From Candidatus Saccharimonadota bacterium (GTDB taxonomy: Bacteria; Patescibacteriota; Saccharimonadia; Saccharimonadales; UBA10212), in assembly GCA_022841445.1 (NCBI GenBank), contig JALHRM010000002.1, positions 25,581 through 89,580 on the forward strand: a stretch of 64,000 bases of DNA, written 5' to 3'. Below are positions 17,599 to 26,288 of the stretch, piece by piece. Each line of letters starts with the position of its first letter. Position 1 is the stretch's first letter. Made by a program: the position numbers and the translations under genes. Under the pieces are notes generated by a model that saw only the letters and a list, made by a program, of their open reading frames with translations, made no database searches and was not told the DNA's origin.

Positions 17599-18012
17599 AT
17601 GGCAGAGGAATCAAACGAGTCAAAGAAACGTCGTGTGCGAAAAGCACCAACAAAGCGTGAGCAGTCCGAACAGATACGTGCAAAAGCCGACACACCAAAA
17701 CGTATACGCAGTGCTACCGGTAAGCTAAGTAAGCCAGCAGACGCCACAAAGCGCACACTTAAGAAAGAGTACTACCTACCGCTACCGGACAATAAAGTAG
17801 GCCGCTTCTTTAATAAGCGTCGCAGCTTTATACCTAGTTATTTTCGTAAGTCTTTTGCAGAGCTTAAGCTTGTAACCTGGCCGAATCGACGCGACACCTG
17901 GCGCCTAACATTTGCCGTCTTTGTTTTCGCCATTTTAATCGGTTGCACAGTTGCAGCAGTCGACAAAGGGCTTGAAGAGTTATTCAAAAACATAATCCTG
18001 GATTTAAAGTAG
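17599..18012 (+). CDS. secE: preprotein translocase subunit SecE with long basic N-terminal extension
   Basis: 137 aa. The C-terminal ELKLVTWPNRRD + TM helix is the SecE signature. It sits immediately upstream of nusG. Confidence 0.85.
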   Translation: MAEESNESKKRRVRKAPTKREQSEQIRAKADTPKRIRSATGKLSKPADATKRTLKKEYYLPLPDNKVGRFFNKRRSFIPSYFRKSFAELKLVTWPNRRDTWRLTFAVFVFAILIGCTVAAVDKGLEELFKNIILDLK

Positions 18013-18034
18013 GAGTAAGCAGACTTAATTTATT

Positions 18035-18580
18035 ATGGGAAACAAACGATACGATTCAACAAAACAGTGGTATGCCATACACACCTATAGCGGTTACGAA
18101 GAAAAGGTAGCTGAATCAATCCGTCAGCGGGCAGAGTCACTTGATATGAACGACAAAATTTTTCAAGTATTGGTTCCAAAAGAAAAAATGATAGAAATTA
18201 AAAATGGTAAGCGAAAAGTAGTAGAGAAACGGATTTTCCAAGGCTATGTACTAGTTGAAATGAAACTGAGCGAAGATGCCTGGTATATTGTCCGAAACAC
18301 CCCCAATGTCACCGGCTTTGTGGGCACAGGTAGCGAGCCAACACCGGTAGAGCAAGAAGAAATGGAAAAAATCATGAAGCGTATGGGTCGATCCGAGCCC
18401 AAGCACAAGATTGATTATCGTGTCGGCGAAGTTGTCAGTATTACTGACGGTCCATTCAAAGGTTTTGACGGCGCCATTAACGAAGTTGATGATCAAAAAG
18501 GGAAGATTAAAGTCCTTGTTAATATGTTCGGACGTGAAACACCCGTCGAACTCGACAGCCTCCAAGTTAAACGGGTCTAG
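18035..18580 (+). CDS. nusG: transcription termination/antitermination factor NusG
   Basis: 181 aa. WYAIHTYSGYE NGN start and a C-terminal KOW domain (GEVVSITDGPFKGFDGAI). Confidence 0.92.
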   Translation: MGNKRYDSTKQWYAIHTYSGYEEKVAESIRQRAESLDMNDKIFQVLVPKEKMIEIKNGKRKVVEKRIFQGYVLVEMKLSEDAWYIVRNTPNVTGFVGTGSEPTPVEQEEMEKIMKRMGRSEPKHKIDYRVGEVVSITDGPFKGFDGAINEVDDQKGKIKVLVNMFGRETPVELDSLQVKRV

Positions 18581-18588
18581 AGCTGTTC

Positions 18589-18843
18589 ATGAATCTTGGC
18601 GTTCCCCGAGACCCGTCGTTAAGACAGCTGCGTTCTTTTGCACTTGTCAGTACTTCGCCAGATATACCTTTTCCTGGAGGTTTCGTTGTTGATTACGAGT
18701 TACCCGGCGGAAACGTTATTATTAAACGTTACTCTGTTGGGCCACCTACTGAAGCATTAGCACGCGGACTCATGGTAGGACGAGCGCTTGTCGAACAATT
18801 ACGTCTTCAAGAGGACGACGACACATCTTTACTACAGGGGTAA
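18589..18843 (+). CDS. questionable 84-aa ORF in the nusG-rplK spacer
   Basis: Open frame only. No SD and no recognisable family. Its 3' end overlaps the candidate rplKA promoter. Confidence 0.25.
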   Translation: MNLGVPRDPSLRQLRSFALVSTSPDIPFPGGFVVDYELPGGNVIIKRYSVGPPTEALARGLMVGRALVEQLRLQEDDDTSLLQG

Positions 18844-18856
18844 ATAGTAGTACAAT
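18829..18856 (+). promoter_or_regulatory. candidate rplKA promoter
   Basis: TTACTA, 16 nt, TACAAT. Followed by a GCGGA-N8-TCCGC hairpin (18875-18892) in the leader. Confidence 0.35.
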
Positions 18857-18910
18857 AGTTAAGTTACGCACCAAGCGGAGTGCTTCATCCGCAGTTAAAT
18901 AAGGATTCTT

Positions 18911-19342
18911 ATGGCAACCAAAGCAGTCAATGCTAATTTAAAAATGCGGATTAAGGGCGGTCAAGCAAGCGCAGCACCGCCAGTTGGTAGTTCACTCGGC
19001 CAGTATGGTGTCAACATGATGGACTTTATCAATCCGTTTAATGAACAAACCAAAGACCGTATGGGTCAGGATTTAACTGTTCATATTACAATTTTCGAAG
19101 ACCGCACCATGGAGTGGCGAATTGTAGGTACCGCTACTGACGACCTCATCAAAAAAGCCCTCGGTGTGCCGAAAGGTTCCGGTAAACCAAATAGCGAAAA
19201 ACTTTCTAAGAAGTTAACACAAGCTCAGCTTACCGAAATTGCTGAAACCAAAGCCGTTGACATGAACGCCGACGACATAGAATCTGTAAAAAAGATGGTT
19301 GCAGGCACTGCCCGCAGTATGGGCATCGAGGTCGAGAACTAA
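18911..19342 (+). CDS. rplK: 50S ribosomal protein L11
   Basis: 143 aa. KGGQASAAPPVGSSLGQYGVNMMDF is the L11 N-terminal signature. Confidence 0.92.
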   Translation: MATKAVNANLKMRIKGGQASAAPPVGSSLGQYGVNMMDFINPFNEQTKDRMGQDLTVHITIFEDRTMEWRIVGTATDDLIKKALGVPKGSGKPNSEKLSKKLTQAQLTEIAETKAVDMNADDIESVKKMVAGTARSMGIEVEN

Positions 19343-19408
19343 ACTTAAGAGCACCTAAATGTAAGTGGGAGAGTGAGCAACTCGTCAGCACCACGAAGGA
19401 GAACAACT

Positions 19409-20356
19409 ATGCCAACCAAGAAATCTGATACTTCCAAAGAAGAAGTCGTAATTACTGATGAGCCTGTAAAAAAGGAGGTCGCACAGACTCCTGAGCCAGA
19501 AACAGAAGTAGCCGAAAAATCTACTGCCAAAGCTGGCAAGCGTAGCGCAAAAGCCATCAAAGAAACTGAAGAAAAGCAAGCTAAAGAAGAACGCAAGGCA
19601 ACCAAGGAATCTGAAGGATCATCAGAGGAAAAGCCAAAACGAGTTATCACGCCTAGTCGACCCCGCATCGAGCGAGCCGGCAAAAAACTACGCGAAGTAA
19701 CAAAACTTATAGACAAATCAAAAGACTATGCTCTTAGCGATGCTATTGATCTCGCCATTAAAACCACGACCACAAAATTCGATGCTAGCGTTGAGCTGCA
19801 CATCAACCTCGGTGTCGACCCTAAGCATGCCGATCAAAACATTCGAGGAACTATTGTTTTGCCTGCTGGAACTGGTAAAACAGTTAGAGTTGCAGTATAT
19901 GCAGAGGCCGAAGATGTCGCCAAGGCCAAGAAGGCCGGTGCAGATGTTGCTGGCAGCGACGAGTTCTTGCAGCAACTCGACAAAGAAAAAATTGATTTTG
20001 ACGTACTGATCGCTACACCTCAATTGATGGCAAAACTAAGTAAATACGCCAAGCTGCTCGGCCCCAAAGGACTGATGCCGAATCCTAAAAGCGGCACCGT
20101 AGCCGCTGATGTAGCAAAGGCAGTTACTGAAGCCAAAGCCGGCAAGGTCGAGTACCGCGTTGACAGTAATGGGATCGTCCATGTCGCCGTGGGCAAAGTA
20201 GGCTTCGGTGCCGACAAACTAGCTCAAAACATTGGCGCACTTTTCAGCAGCATTAAGGCAGCCAAACCAAGCAGTATTAAAGGCAACTACGTCAAGACTA
20301 TCTATTTGACAACAACCATGGGACCAAGCATTCGCATCAGCCAATCTGACATGTAG
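19409..20356 (+). CDS. rplA: 50S ribosomal protein L1 with ~90-aa Lys/Glu-rich N-terminal extension
   Basis: The canonical L1 core starts near [11 protein letters not shown] and includes [27 protein letters not shown] 19409 with AAGGAG 8 nt upstream is preferred over GTG 19373. Confidence 0.9.
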   Translation: MPTKKSDTSKEEVVITDEPVKKEVAQTPEPETEVAEKSTAKAGKRSAKAIKETEEKQAKEERKATKESEGSSEEKPKRVITPSRPRIERAGKKLREVTKLIDKSKDYALSDAIDLAIKTTTTKFDASVELHINLGVDPKHADQNIRGTIVLPAGTGKTVRVAVYAEAEDVAKAKKAGADVAGSDEFLQQLDKEKIDFDVLIATPQLMAKLSKYAKLLGPKGLMPNPKSGTVAADVAKAVTEAKAGKVEYRVDSNGIVHVAVGKVGFGADKLAQNIGALFSSIKAAKPSSIKGNYVKTIYLTTTMGPSIRISQSDM

Positions 20357-20432
20357 CAAATAATACATGTCTCTTAAGCTTGTTCAGCTATTTGACACCC
20401 TGTAAACTAGGATGTAACCAAGGAGGTTCATC

Positions 20433-21161
20433 GTGTCCGTAGAACGAGCGGGAGTATACAGTAATATTCAAATCAGGGAAGCTATAGAACACGGGCACAT
20501 TATCTGTCATCCGTTTCAGCCGAAACATGTCAGTCATGCTAGTTTAGATGTCACCCTCGGCTATAACTATTACCGTATCGAACGGCTTAATGAGCGAACC
20601 ATCTATAATCCGTTCGATCGCGAAGATGTTGAGCGATATTTTGACGGACCGTATGAGGCCATGCCCCATGAACAGTGGTGTAAACTAAATGGCTTCAAGC
20701 CGCTTAAGAATATACCTCCCGATCATCCTGTCATTTCACTAAAGCCAGGGGAGCGTATTCTGGCCCACACCCATGAATTCTTTGGAATTTTACCTCCAGG
20801 TGCATACGAATTAAAAAGCCGTTCCAGTTGGGCGCGGAATGGGATTGCCGTTTGCTTCGATGCCGGGTGGGTTGATCCAGGCTACATCAACCGCTTGACG
20901 CTAGAAATTTATAATCTCAATATGCGTGAAACTATTGTTCTGCCAGTTGGTGAACGTGTTGGTCAGGCTGTATTCCATCATACCGGGCCAGTCGAAGGCA
21001 GCTATGGCGAAGGTCGTGACCAAAGTTTCAGCGGCAAATATCAGAGCGGAACTGAACTCAAAAAAATAATCACCAAGTGGTCACCTGATCAGATGCTACC
21101 TCAGGCCTACCGCGACACCCGTAGCCTACCGACTAAGATTAAAGGCTTGAGTTATGAGTAA
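20433..21161 (+). CDS. dcd: dCTP deaminase / dUTPase-superfamily enzyme
   Basis: 242 aa. The N-terminus (IQIREAIEHGHIICHPF, ASLDVTLG) and the later GWVDPGY block are typical of Dcd. GTG start with AAGGAGG upstream. Confidence 0.75.
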   Translation: MSVERAGVYSNIQIREAIEHGHIICHPFQPKHVSHASLDVTLGYNYYRIERLNERTIYNPFDREDVERYFDGPYEAMPHEQWCKLNGFKPLKNIPPDHPVISLKPGERILAHTHEFFGILPPGAYELKSRSSWARNGIAVCFDAGWVDPGYINRLTLEIYNLNMRETIVLPVGERVGQAVFHHTGPVEGSYGEGRDQSFSGKYQSGTELKKIITKWSPDQMLPQAYRDTRSLPTKIKGLSYE

Positions 21162-23460
21162 GGGACTATACATTGTTATTGAGGGTCCTGAGGGTGTCGG
21201 TAAGTCAACGCAAGTTGAAGCACTGGCCAAGAAGTTTAGTGATATTGGACAAAGCGTTAGACTGTTCCGCGAACCAGACAGCCAAAGCGACTTAACGGCA
21301 CGAGTGCTGCGCCGCTTAACACAGGATCCGCACTATCCGATGAATACCCGCACTGAGGTGCTGCTATATAACGCTGCCCGTAGTCAATCTTTGGAAGTTA
21401 TCCGGCGAGCAAGAGCTAACGGCACTGTATGTTTGGTTGACAGAAACTACCTCACAACACTTGCCATACAATATTATGGCCGCGGTGATGTGCCAGATTA
21501 CGACATGATCACCACCATAATTAACTTCGCAGTAGGGGACATGCAGCCCGACAAAACAATCATCCTTGATGCACCTGTTAACGTTCTACAAAGCCGCGCT
21601 CAGGAACGAGCCTCTGGTGAGCGGTTTGATAATCTCGACCTCGAATTTTTAGAGCGTGTTAGGGCTGGGTACTTATGGGAGGCCAAGCAGCGAGGCTATC
21701 CGGTAGTTCATGCTACTGAATCGGTCACTGAAATTACTGCCAAACTGTGGGGGCTGCTCGGTGGAGCAGAGGCTGCAGACACTGACACAGCATTGACCGT
21801 CCCACCACCGCCATCTACTGCAACGCCATTGAAGGAACTAATTAGCGCTAAGCAGGAATCCTTAGATATGCAGCCACTACTTAGCAAGGATAAGGATGGC
21901 AACTATATTGTCACGGATGCCGGAACCAGTTACTTAAAACAAGTGCTGACAAATACGACCGGTAACGTATACGCCTTTACTCAAGATATAAATCCTGTTA
22001 CTGTGGCCGCTGCTATGGCTCGCCTATCTAGGCGCGGCGATGATATGCGCATCACACTGCTGGACGAGTTTGCCGCGCATCACGGCAACGACGAAGGACT
22101 GCTAAAGCGAGTTATCACCGCTTACGGTGACGACTCTGTGCAGCAGCTGGTTGGTCAACATGTCGTCGTCGAAAATGCCAGCAACTTACTGACTAAAAAA
22201 TTGGAGTGGGGAAGGCTGGCATCATACCTCGAGCAATCCACTCGCTACATATACTTTGATAAAAAAGATGCTGCTGGTAATTTTCGATACTACACACCTG
22301 AAGAATTGTCAGGAGATCTAGAAAAATCATACCGCGCTAAAATGAATGATATTTTTGTGCATTATTCACTATTAGTTCGTAAACTTACCGAATATATTCA
22401 AAAACACTCCGATGTGGCAGAGTCAGAGCGTGACGGTGCCTGGAGATCGGCAACTCGTGCTCAAGCATGTGACGCCATCAGACCAGTACTGCCAGTTGCA
22501 ACAACGTCCACTGTTGGCATCTATGCGAGTGGCCAAGCCCTCGAAAGTCTGATTATGCATCTACTATCCGATGAGATGCCAGAGGCTGTTACGACCGGCC
22601 AGCAGCTTCTCGATGAATGTCGAAAAGTCATTCCAGTATTCCTGGAACGTGCCGATAAGCCCGACCGCGGTGGCGCGATGATCGCTTACCGCGCCACTAC
22701 TGCTAAGTCAGTCCGTGAACTGGCAGACGGCCTACTTCCACAGTCAATCAGCCCCGAAGTTGAGTCCGTGGCATTAACTGACTACTGGCCAAGGAACGAA
22801 CTGGATTTAGTTGCAGATATGCTTTACGAACATAGTCATTTGCCGCTTGAGGCAATCCGCGAAGAAGCAAAATCATGGCACTACCAGCAGAAGAGAAAAA
22901 TCGTCAATGCGTATATGGGCGAAAGACTCAACCGACGACACCGCCCGGGTCGGGCTCTGGAAAAAGCCCACTACAGTTTTGATTTAGTTTGTGATTATGG
23001 CATCTTCCGTGACTTGCAGCGCCACAGAATGGTAGACGATATGCAGTGGCAACTACTGACGCCACGCTACGGCTATGACATACCTGAACTAGTCGAACAA
23101 GCCGGACTAAGCGAATTGTTTGAAAAATGCTTTGACATAAGCCTCACACTGCACAGCGAACTACAGGCTGCTGGTCATGATCTGGCCGCACAATACGCTA
23201 CCTTGCTTGGCCACAAGATGCGCTGGAAGGTAACATTTAATGCACGCCAGGCCTTCCATATGCTAGAGCTACGCACCACACCCCAAGGCCACCCCGGCTA
23301 CCGTAAATTAAGTAAAGAAATGTATGACAAGATTACTGAAATTCATCCACTAATTGGCCAGGCCATGAAGTTTGTCAATCAGGATGAAGATCCTGAACTT
23401 ACCAGATTGGCAGCCGAGCGCTACACTCAATTCAAGCTAAATCAACTCAAAGTCATCTAA
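21154..23460 (+). CDS. fusion protein: thymidylate kinase (N-terminal ~205 aa) + tandem ThyX-like FAD-dependent thymidylate synthase (~530 aa)
   Basis: Tmk part: IVIEGPEGVGKST, FREP, VDRNYLTTLAIQ. ThyX part: WGRLASYLEQSTRY in the first half; RDLQRHRM..TPRY and FNARQAFHMLELR in the second half. 8-nt overlap with dcd. Confidence 0.8.
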   Translation: MSKGLYIVIEGPEGVGKSTQVEALAKKFSDIGQSVRLFREPDSQSDLTARVLRRLTQDPHYPMNTRTEVLLYNAARSQSLEVIRRARANGTVCLVDRNYLTTLAIQYYGRGDVPDYDMITTIINFAVGDMQPDKTIILDAPVNVLQSRAQERASGERFDNLDLEFLERVRAGYLWEAKQRGYPVVHATESVTEITAKLWGLLGGAEAADTDTALTVPPPPSTATPLKELISAKQESLDMQPLLSKDKDGNYIVTDAGTSYLKQVLTNTTGNVYAFTQDINPVTVAAAMARLSRRGDDMRITLLDEFAAHHGNDEGLLKRVITAYGDDSVQQLVGQHVVVENASNLLTKKLEWGRLASYLEQSTRYIYFDKKDAAGNFRYYTPEELSGDLEKSYRAKMNDIFVHYSLLVRKLTEYIQKHSDVAESERDGAWRSATRAQACDAIRPVLPVATTSTVGIYASGQALESLIMHLLSDEMPEAVTTGQQLLDECRKVIPVFLERADKPDRGGAMIAYRATTAKSVRELADGLLPQSISPEVESVALTDYWPRNELDLVADMLYEHSHLPLEAIREEAKSWHYQQKRKIVNAYMGERLNRRHRPGRALEKAHYSFDLVCDYGIFRDLQRHRMVDDMQWQLLTPRYGYDIPELVEQAGLSELFEKCFDISLTLHSELQAAGHDLAAQYATLLGHKMRWKVTFNARQAFHMLELRTTPQGHPGYRKLSKEMYDKITEIHPLIGQAMKFVNQDEDPELTRLAAERYTQFKLNQLKVI

Positions 23461-24140
23461 AGCAACATAGCAACTGCCACATTGTTGCGCCCACCTCGCT
23501 TAACGTTGTAGAGCAGTCCGTCGGCTGCTTGCAATGCGCCATTCATATCAAAATCCATCCGTGTTGGATCCCACAGTACTGTCCCCATCGATATGGTCAC
23601 TGGTCGACCCTCTATTTCAGTAGTCACTGCAGATTGCATGCGTCGCATAGCAGTAGTAAAGTCACTAACTCGATCTACTGGCTGTTCACTGAGCAAGGCA
23701 AATTCCTCTCCGCCTATTCGGGCAACGGTGTCGGCGGCGCGACTCTGCGCGGTAAGTAACCCAGCAATATCTCTAATGACTTCATCACCAGCATCGTGTC
23801 CAAAAGTATCATTAACAGATTTGAAGTGATCTATATCACATACAGTTAAACTTAATACCGTGTCCGTAACACCACGGACCCTTCTCTCTAGAAGATGATT
23901 AAAATCGTGCTCAAATCCTCGCCTGTTCAATAAACCGGTTAAAGGATCGGTTATTGCATCACGTTTAAGGCGTTCACGCTCTGCTTGAGCAGCAGCAGCG
24001 GACTCTATGCCACTAAGAGATAGATTACCTAGTAGCTCTAAATACCGCTCTCTCTGCTTTACTGGAACAAGCTCAAATACCTCAGCCGCAAACTGACCTA
24101 CTCTACGACGATACTGTTCGGAATCATGATTTGATAACAT
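23457..24140 (-). CDS. GGDEF-domain diguanylate cyclase with coiled-coil N-terminus
   Basis: DPLTGLLNRRGF and RIGGEEFALL motifs. ATG 24140 with AAGGAAAGGA upstream is preferred over GTG 24203. The 3' end overlaps the tmk::thyX stop by 4 nt. Confidence 0.85.
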   Translation of the reverse strand: MLSNHDSEQYRRRVGQFAAEVFELVPVKQRERYLELLGNLSLSGIESAAAAQAERERLKRDAITDPLTGLLNRRGFEHDFNHLLERRVRGVTDTVLSLTVCDIDHFKSVNDTFGHDAGDEVIRDIAGLLTAQSRAADTVARIGGEEFALLSEQPVDRVSDFTTAMRRMQSAVTTEIEGRPVTISMGTVLWDPTRMDFDMNGALQAADGLLYNVKRGGRNNVAVAMLL

Positions 24141-24303
24141 GTTTTGTCCTTTCCTTAGTGGTGAAGGATTGCCCTCCAGCCGTGGGTTCGCTACTAGCTC
24201 CACATACTCTAAGCGACCAGATTACCGAGTATGCTTCTAAGCTGACTGTTTATTTTATGTTATTATAGCAATTTTATTAATATTTGTCAATATGTATCTG
24301 CCT

Positions 24304-24332
24304 TTGCAAGCATTGAACATACATGTTACAAT
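24304..24332 (+). promoter_or_regulatory. candidate rplJL promoter
   Basis: TTGCAA, 17 nt, TACAAT. Confidence 0.5.
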
Positions 24333-24339
24333 CATCGTT

Positions 24340-24456
24340 GATTACCAAAGACAGTAGCTGGCACTTACCTTATGTAAGTCCTTAATCCGCTACCGAGGTA
24401 CAAATATTATATTTGTCGTCTAAGTCTTTGGTGAACAGCATCCAAGGGCTTTTTTA
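24340..24456 (+). promoter_or_regulatory. structured rplJ leader (L10-leader-like) with terminator-type attenuator hairpin
   Basis: Long-range GTAGC (24354-58) / GCTAC (24389-93) pairing encloses the hairpin ACTTAC-CTTAT-GTAAGT. A 9-bp hairpin at 24423-24450 is followed by TTTTT, 57 nt before the rplJ ATG. Confidence 0.45.
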
Positions 24457-24512
24457 TTGGTCATTTAATGATGCGTCACCAGGTCGATACCAACTAAACA
24501 AGGAAATGCACT

Positions 24513-25043
24513 ATGGCATTAACCAAACAAAAGAAAAACGAAGTCGTAGAAGAAGTCGCAAAGCTTCTTGACGCTTCCAAACTAACAGTCGTCGCTAATT
24601 ATCCCGGAACTAGCGTGAAGAGCATTCAGGCCCTTCGCAAATCCGCCAAAGAAAACGGCACGATTGTTAAGGTCGTAAAAAACCGCTTAGTCATAAAAGC
24701 CGTTGAAGGTAATGACCGCCTGAAAAACATAGACACTTCCGCTATCAAGGGTCAGCTGCTTTACGCATTTAATGATCAAGATGAAGTAGCACCCGCTCAG
24801 GCATTGGCTGCATTCGCAAAGAGCGAACCGCAAATCACTTTCGTCGGTGCAATTAGCGGAGACGGGCAATTCGTCTCAGCAGATGACGTAAAGGCACTTG
24901 CAAGTCTTCCTGGTAAGGATCAACTACGTGCTCAGCTCGTTGGCACTATCGCCGCGCCATTGTCCGGTTTCGTTAATGTACTTAGCGGTAATATCCGCGG
25001 GGTACTGAACGTATTAAACGCTCGATCAGAAGCAATCAAATAA
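24513..25043 (+). CDS. rplJ: 50S ribosomal protein L10
   Basis: 176 aa. Typical L10 N-terminus (K.K.E.V.E) and position upstream of rplL. Confidence 0.9.
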   Translation: MALTKQKKNEVVEEVAKLLDASKLTVVANYPGTSVKSIQALRKSAKENGTIVKVVKNRLVIKAVEGNDRLKNIDTSAIKGQLLYAFNDQDEVAPAQALAAFAKSEPQITFVGAISGDGQFVSADDVKALASLPGKDQLRAQLVGTIAAPLSGFVNVLSGNIRGVLNVLNARSEAIK

Positions 25044-25071
25044 TTTTAAAATATTCGTAAGGAGAATAATC

Positions 25072-25494
25072 ATGGCAGATGCAGAAGAAAAGAAGTCAAA
25101 AAAAGTAGAAACCCCAAAAGAGTTTGAAAAGTTAGTCGCCGAACTTGACAAAATGAGTGCCCTCGACATCAGTAAATTCGTTAAATTCCTCGAAGAATAC
25201 TGGGGCGTGAGTGCCGCTGCACCAGCTGCTGCTGTCGCCGCTGCACCAGCTGCCGGTGGTGATGCACCAGCTGCTGAGGAAAAAAGTGAATACGACGTCG
25301 TCTTGAAAGACGCTGGAGCTCAAAAGGTTGCCGTCATCAAGGCCGTTAAGGACATTACTGGTCTCGGACTTGGCGAAGCTAAGGCTATCGTAGATGGTGT
25401 ACCAAAGCCAGTTTTGGAAAAAGCAAAAAAAGAAGACGCAGAGAGCGCCAAAAAAGCTCTAGAAGAAGCTGGTGCAACCGTAGAACTTGCTTAA
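25072..25494 (+). CDS. rplL: 50S ribosomal protein L7/L12
   Basis: 140 aa. Ala/Pro hinge, then C-terminal [25 protein letters not shown]. Confidence 0.92.
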   Translation: MADAEEKKSKKVETPKEFEKLVAELDKMSALDISKFVKFLEEYWGVSAAAPAAAVAAAPAAGGDAPAAEEKSEYDVVLKDAGAQKVAVIKAVKDITGLGLGEAKAIVDGVPKPVLEKAKKEDAESAKKALEEAGATVELA

Positions 25495-25516
25495 AGACAG
25501 AATACCTACATCTAGT

Positions 25517-25552
25517 AATAATACCCGTCAACAACTGGCGGGTATTATTTAT
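25517..25552 (+). terminator. intrinsic terminator after rplL
   Basis: 11-bp stem AATAATACCCG / CGGGTATTATT with an 11-nt loop, running into a T-rich tract. Confidence 0.6.
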
Positions 25553-25684
25553 GCTTAAATAGCACTCCTGTTTCAACATTTATCCACACGAATACTCATA
25601 CTTTGACAGAGACGAGCTGCTATGATAGTCTGAGCTTATAGTGTACCTAAACAAACACTTATAGAGGTGAAAGCAGACAGACAT

Positions 25685-26197
25685 ATGGCAGATGTTCCGG
25701 AGAAGCAAATCAAACGACTTCGAACTCTTATTGATGACGCTGAAACTAACCTGGCCGCCGCAAAGGAACTTCTTGTAAGTTTAGTTGGAGATGACCCAGT
25801 AGTAGTCGACAAGGTCAAAGATGAGAATCTTGGTAAAGTGATCGAAGGTGTTTTTGATGGCCAGAATATGGTTGGATCTGACGGTAAAGTTTACCCTGTA
25901 CCCGCTAACTACGCCAGTAAATCAAAACTAGTTCAGGGTGACATTTTAAAACTGACTATCGCCCAGGATGGTGCTTTTATGTACAAGCAAATTGGCCCAA
26001 TTCCTCGCCGTCAGATTGTGGGCACACTTATTCAAAAAGAAGGCCACTATTATGTAGATGTTGGCGAAAAGCAGTACAGGGTGCTACTCGCCAGTGTTAC
26101 CTATTTCAAAGCAAAACCGGGTGATCAGGTAAGCGTCAACGTGCCTGAAGACGTCACTGTTGATGCCGAGTGGGCAGCACTGGAAGCTGCCCTGTAG
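25685..26197 (+). CDS. hypothetical protein (coiled-coil N-terminus plus beta-rich C-terminus)
   Basis: 170-aa frame from ATG 25685 (GTG 25667 also possible). No family recognised. Confidence 0.5.
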   Translation: MADVPEKQIKRLRTLIDDAETNLAAAKELLVSLVGDDPVVVDKVKDENLGKVIEGVFDGQNMVGSDGKVYPVPANYASKSKLVQGDILKLTIAQDGAFMYKQIGPIPRRQIVGTLIQKEGHYYVDVGEKQYRVLLASVTYFKAKPGDQVSVNVPEDVTVDAEWAALEAAL

Positions 26198-26288
26198 CGG
26201 TAGAGACCTGCTTTTCGTATATTCCACAGGTTGGTACTTAAAACTACAACGCCCTTAGTAGCCAGTTAAGCGGTATAATTGATAGACT

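Noticed and set aside
18411-18692. 93-aa ORF spanning the nusG 3' end and the spacer.
   Set aside because: It overlaps the conserved KOW domain of nusG in another frame.
19345-19716. 123-aa minus-strand ORF antisense to the 5' end of rplA.
   Set aside because: It mirrors the low-complexity GAA/AAG-rich extension of L1, has no start context, and is a shadow ORF.
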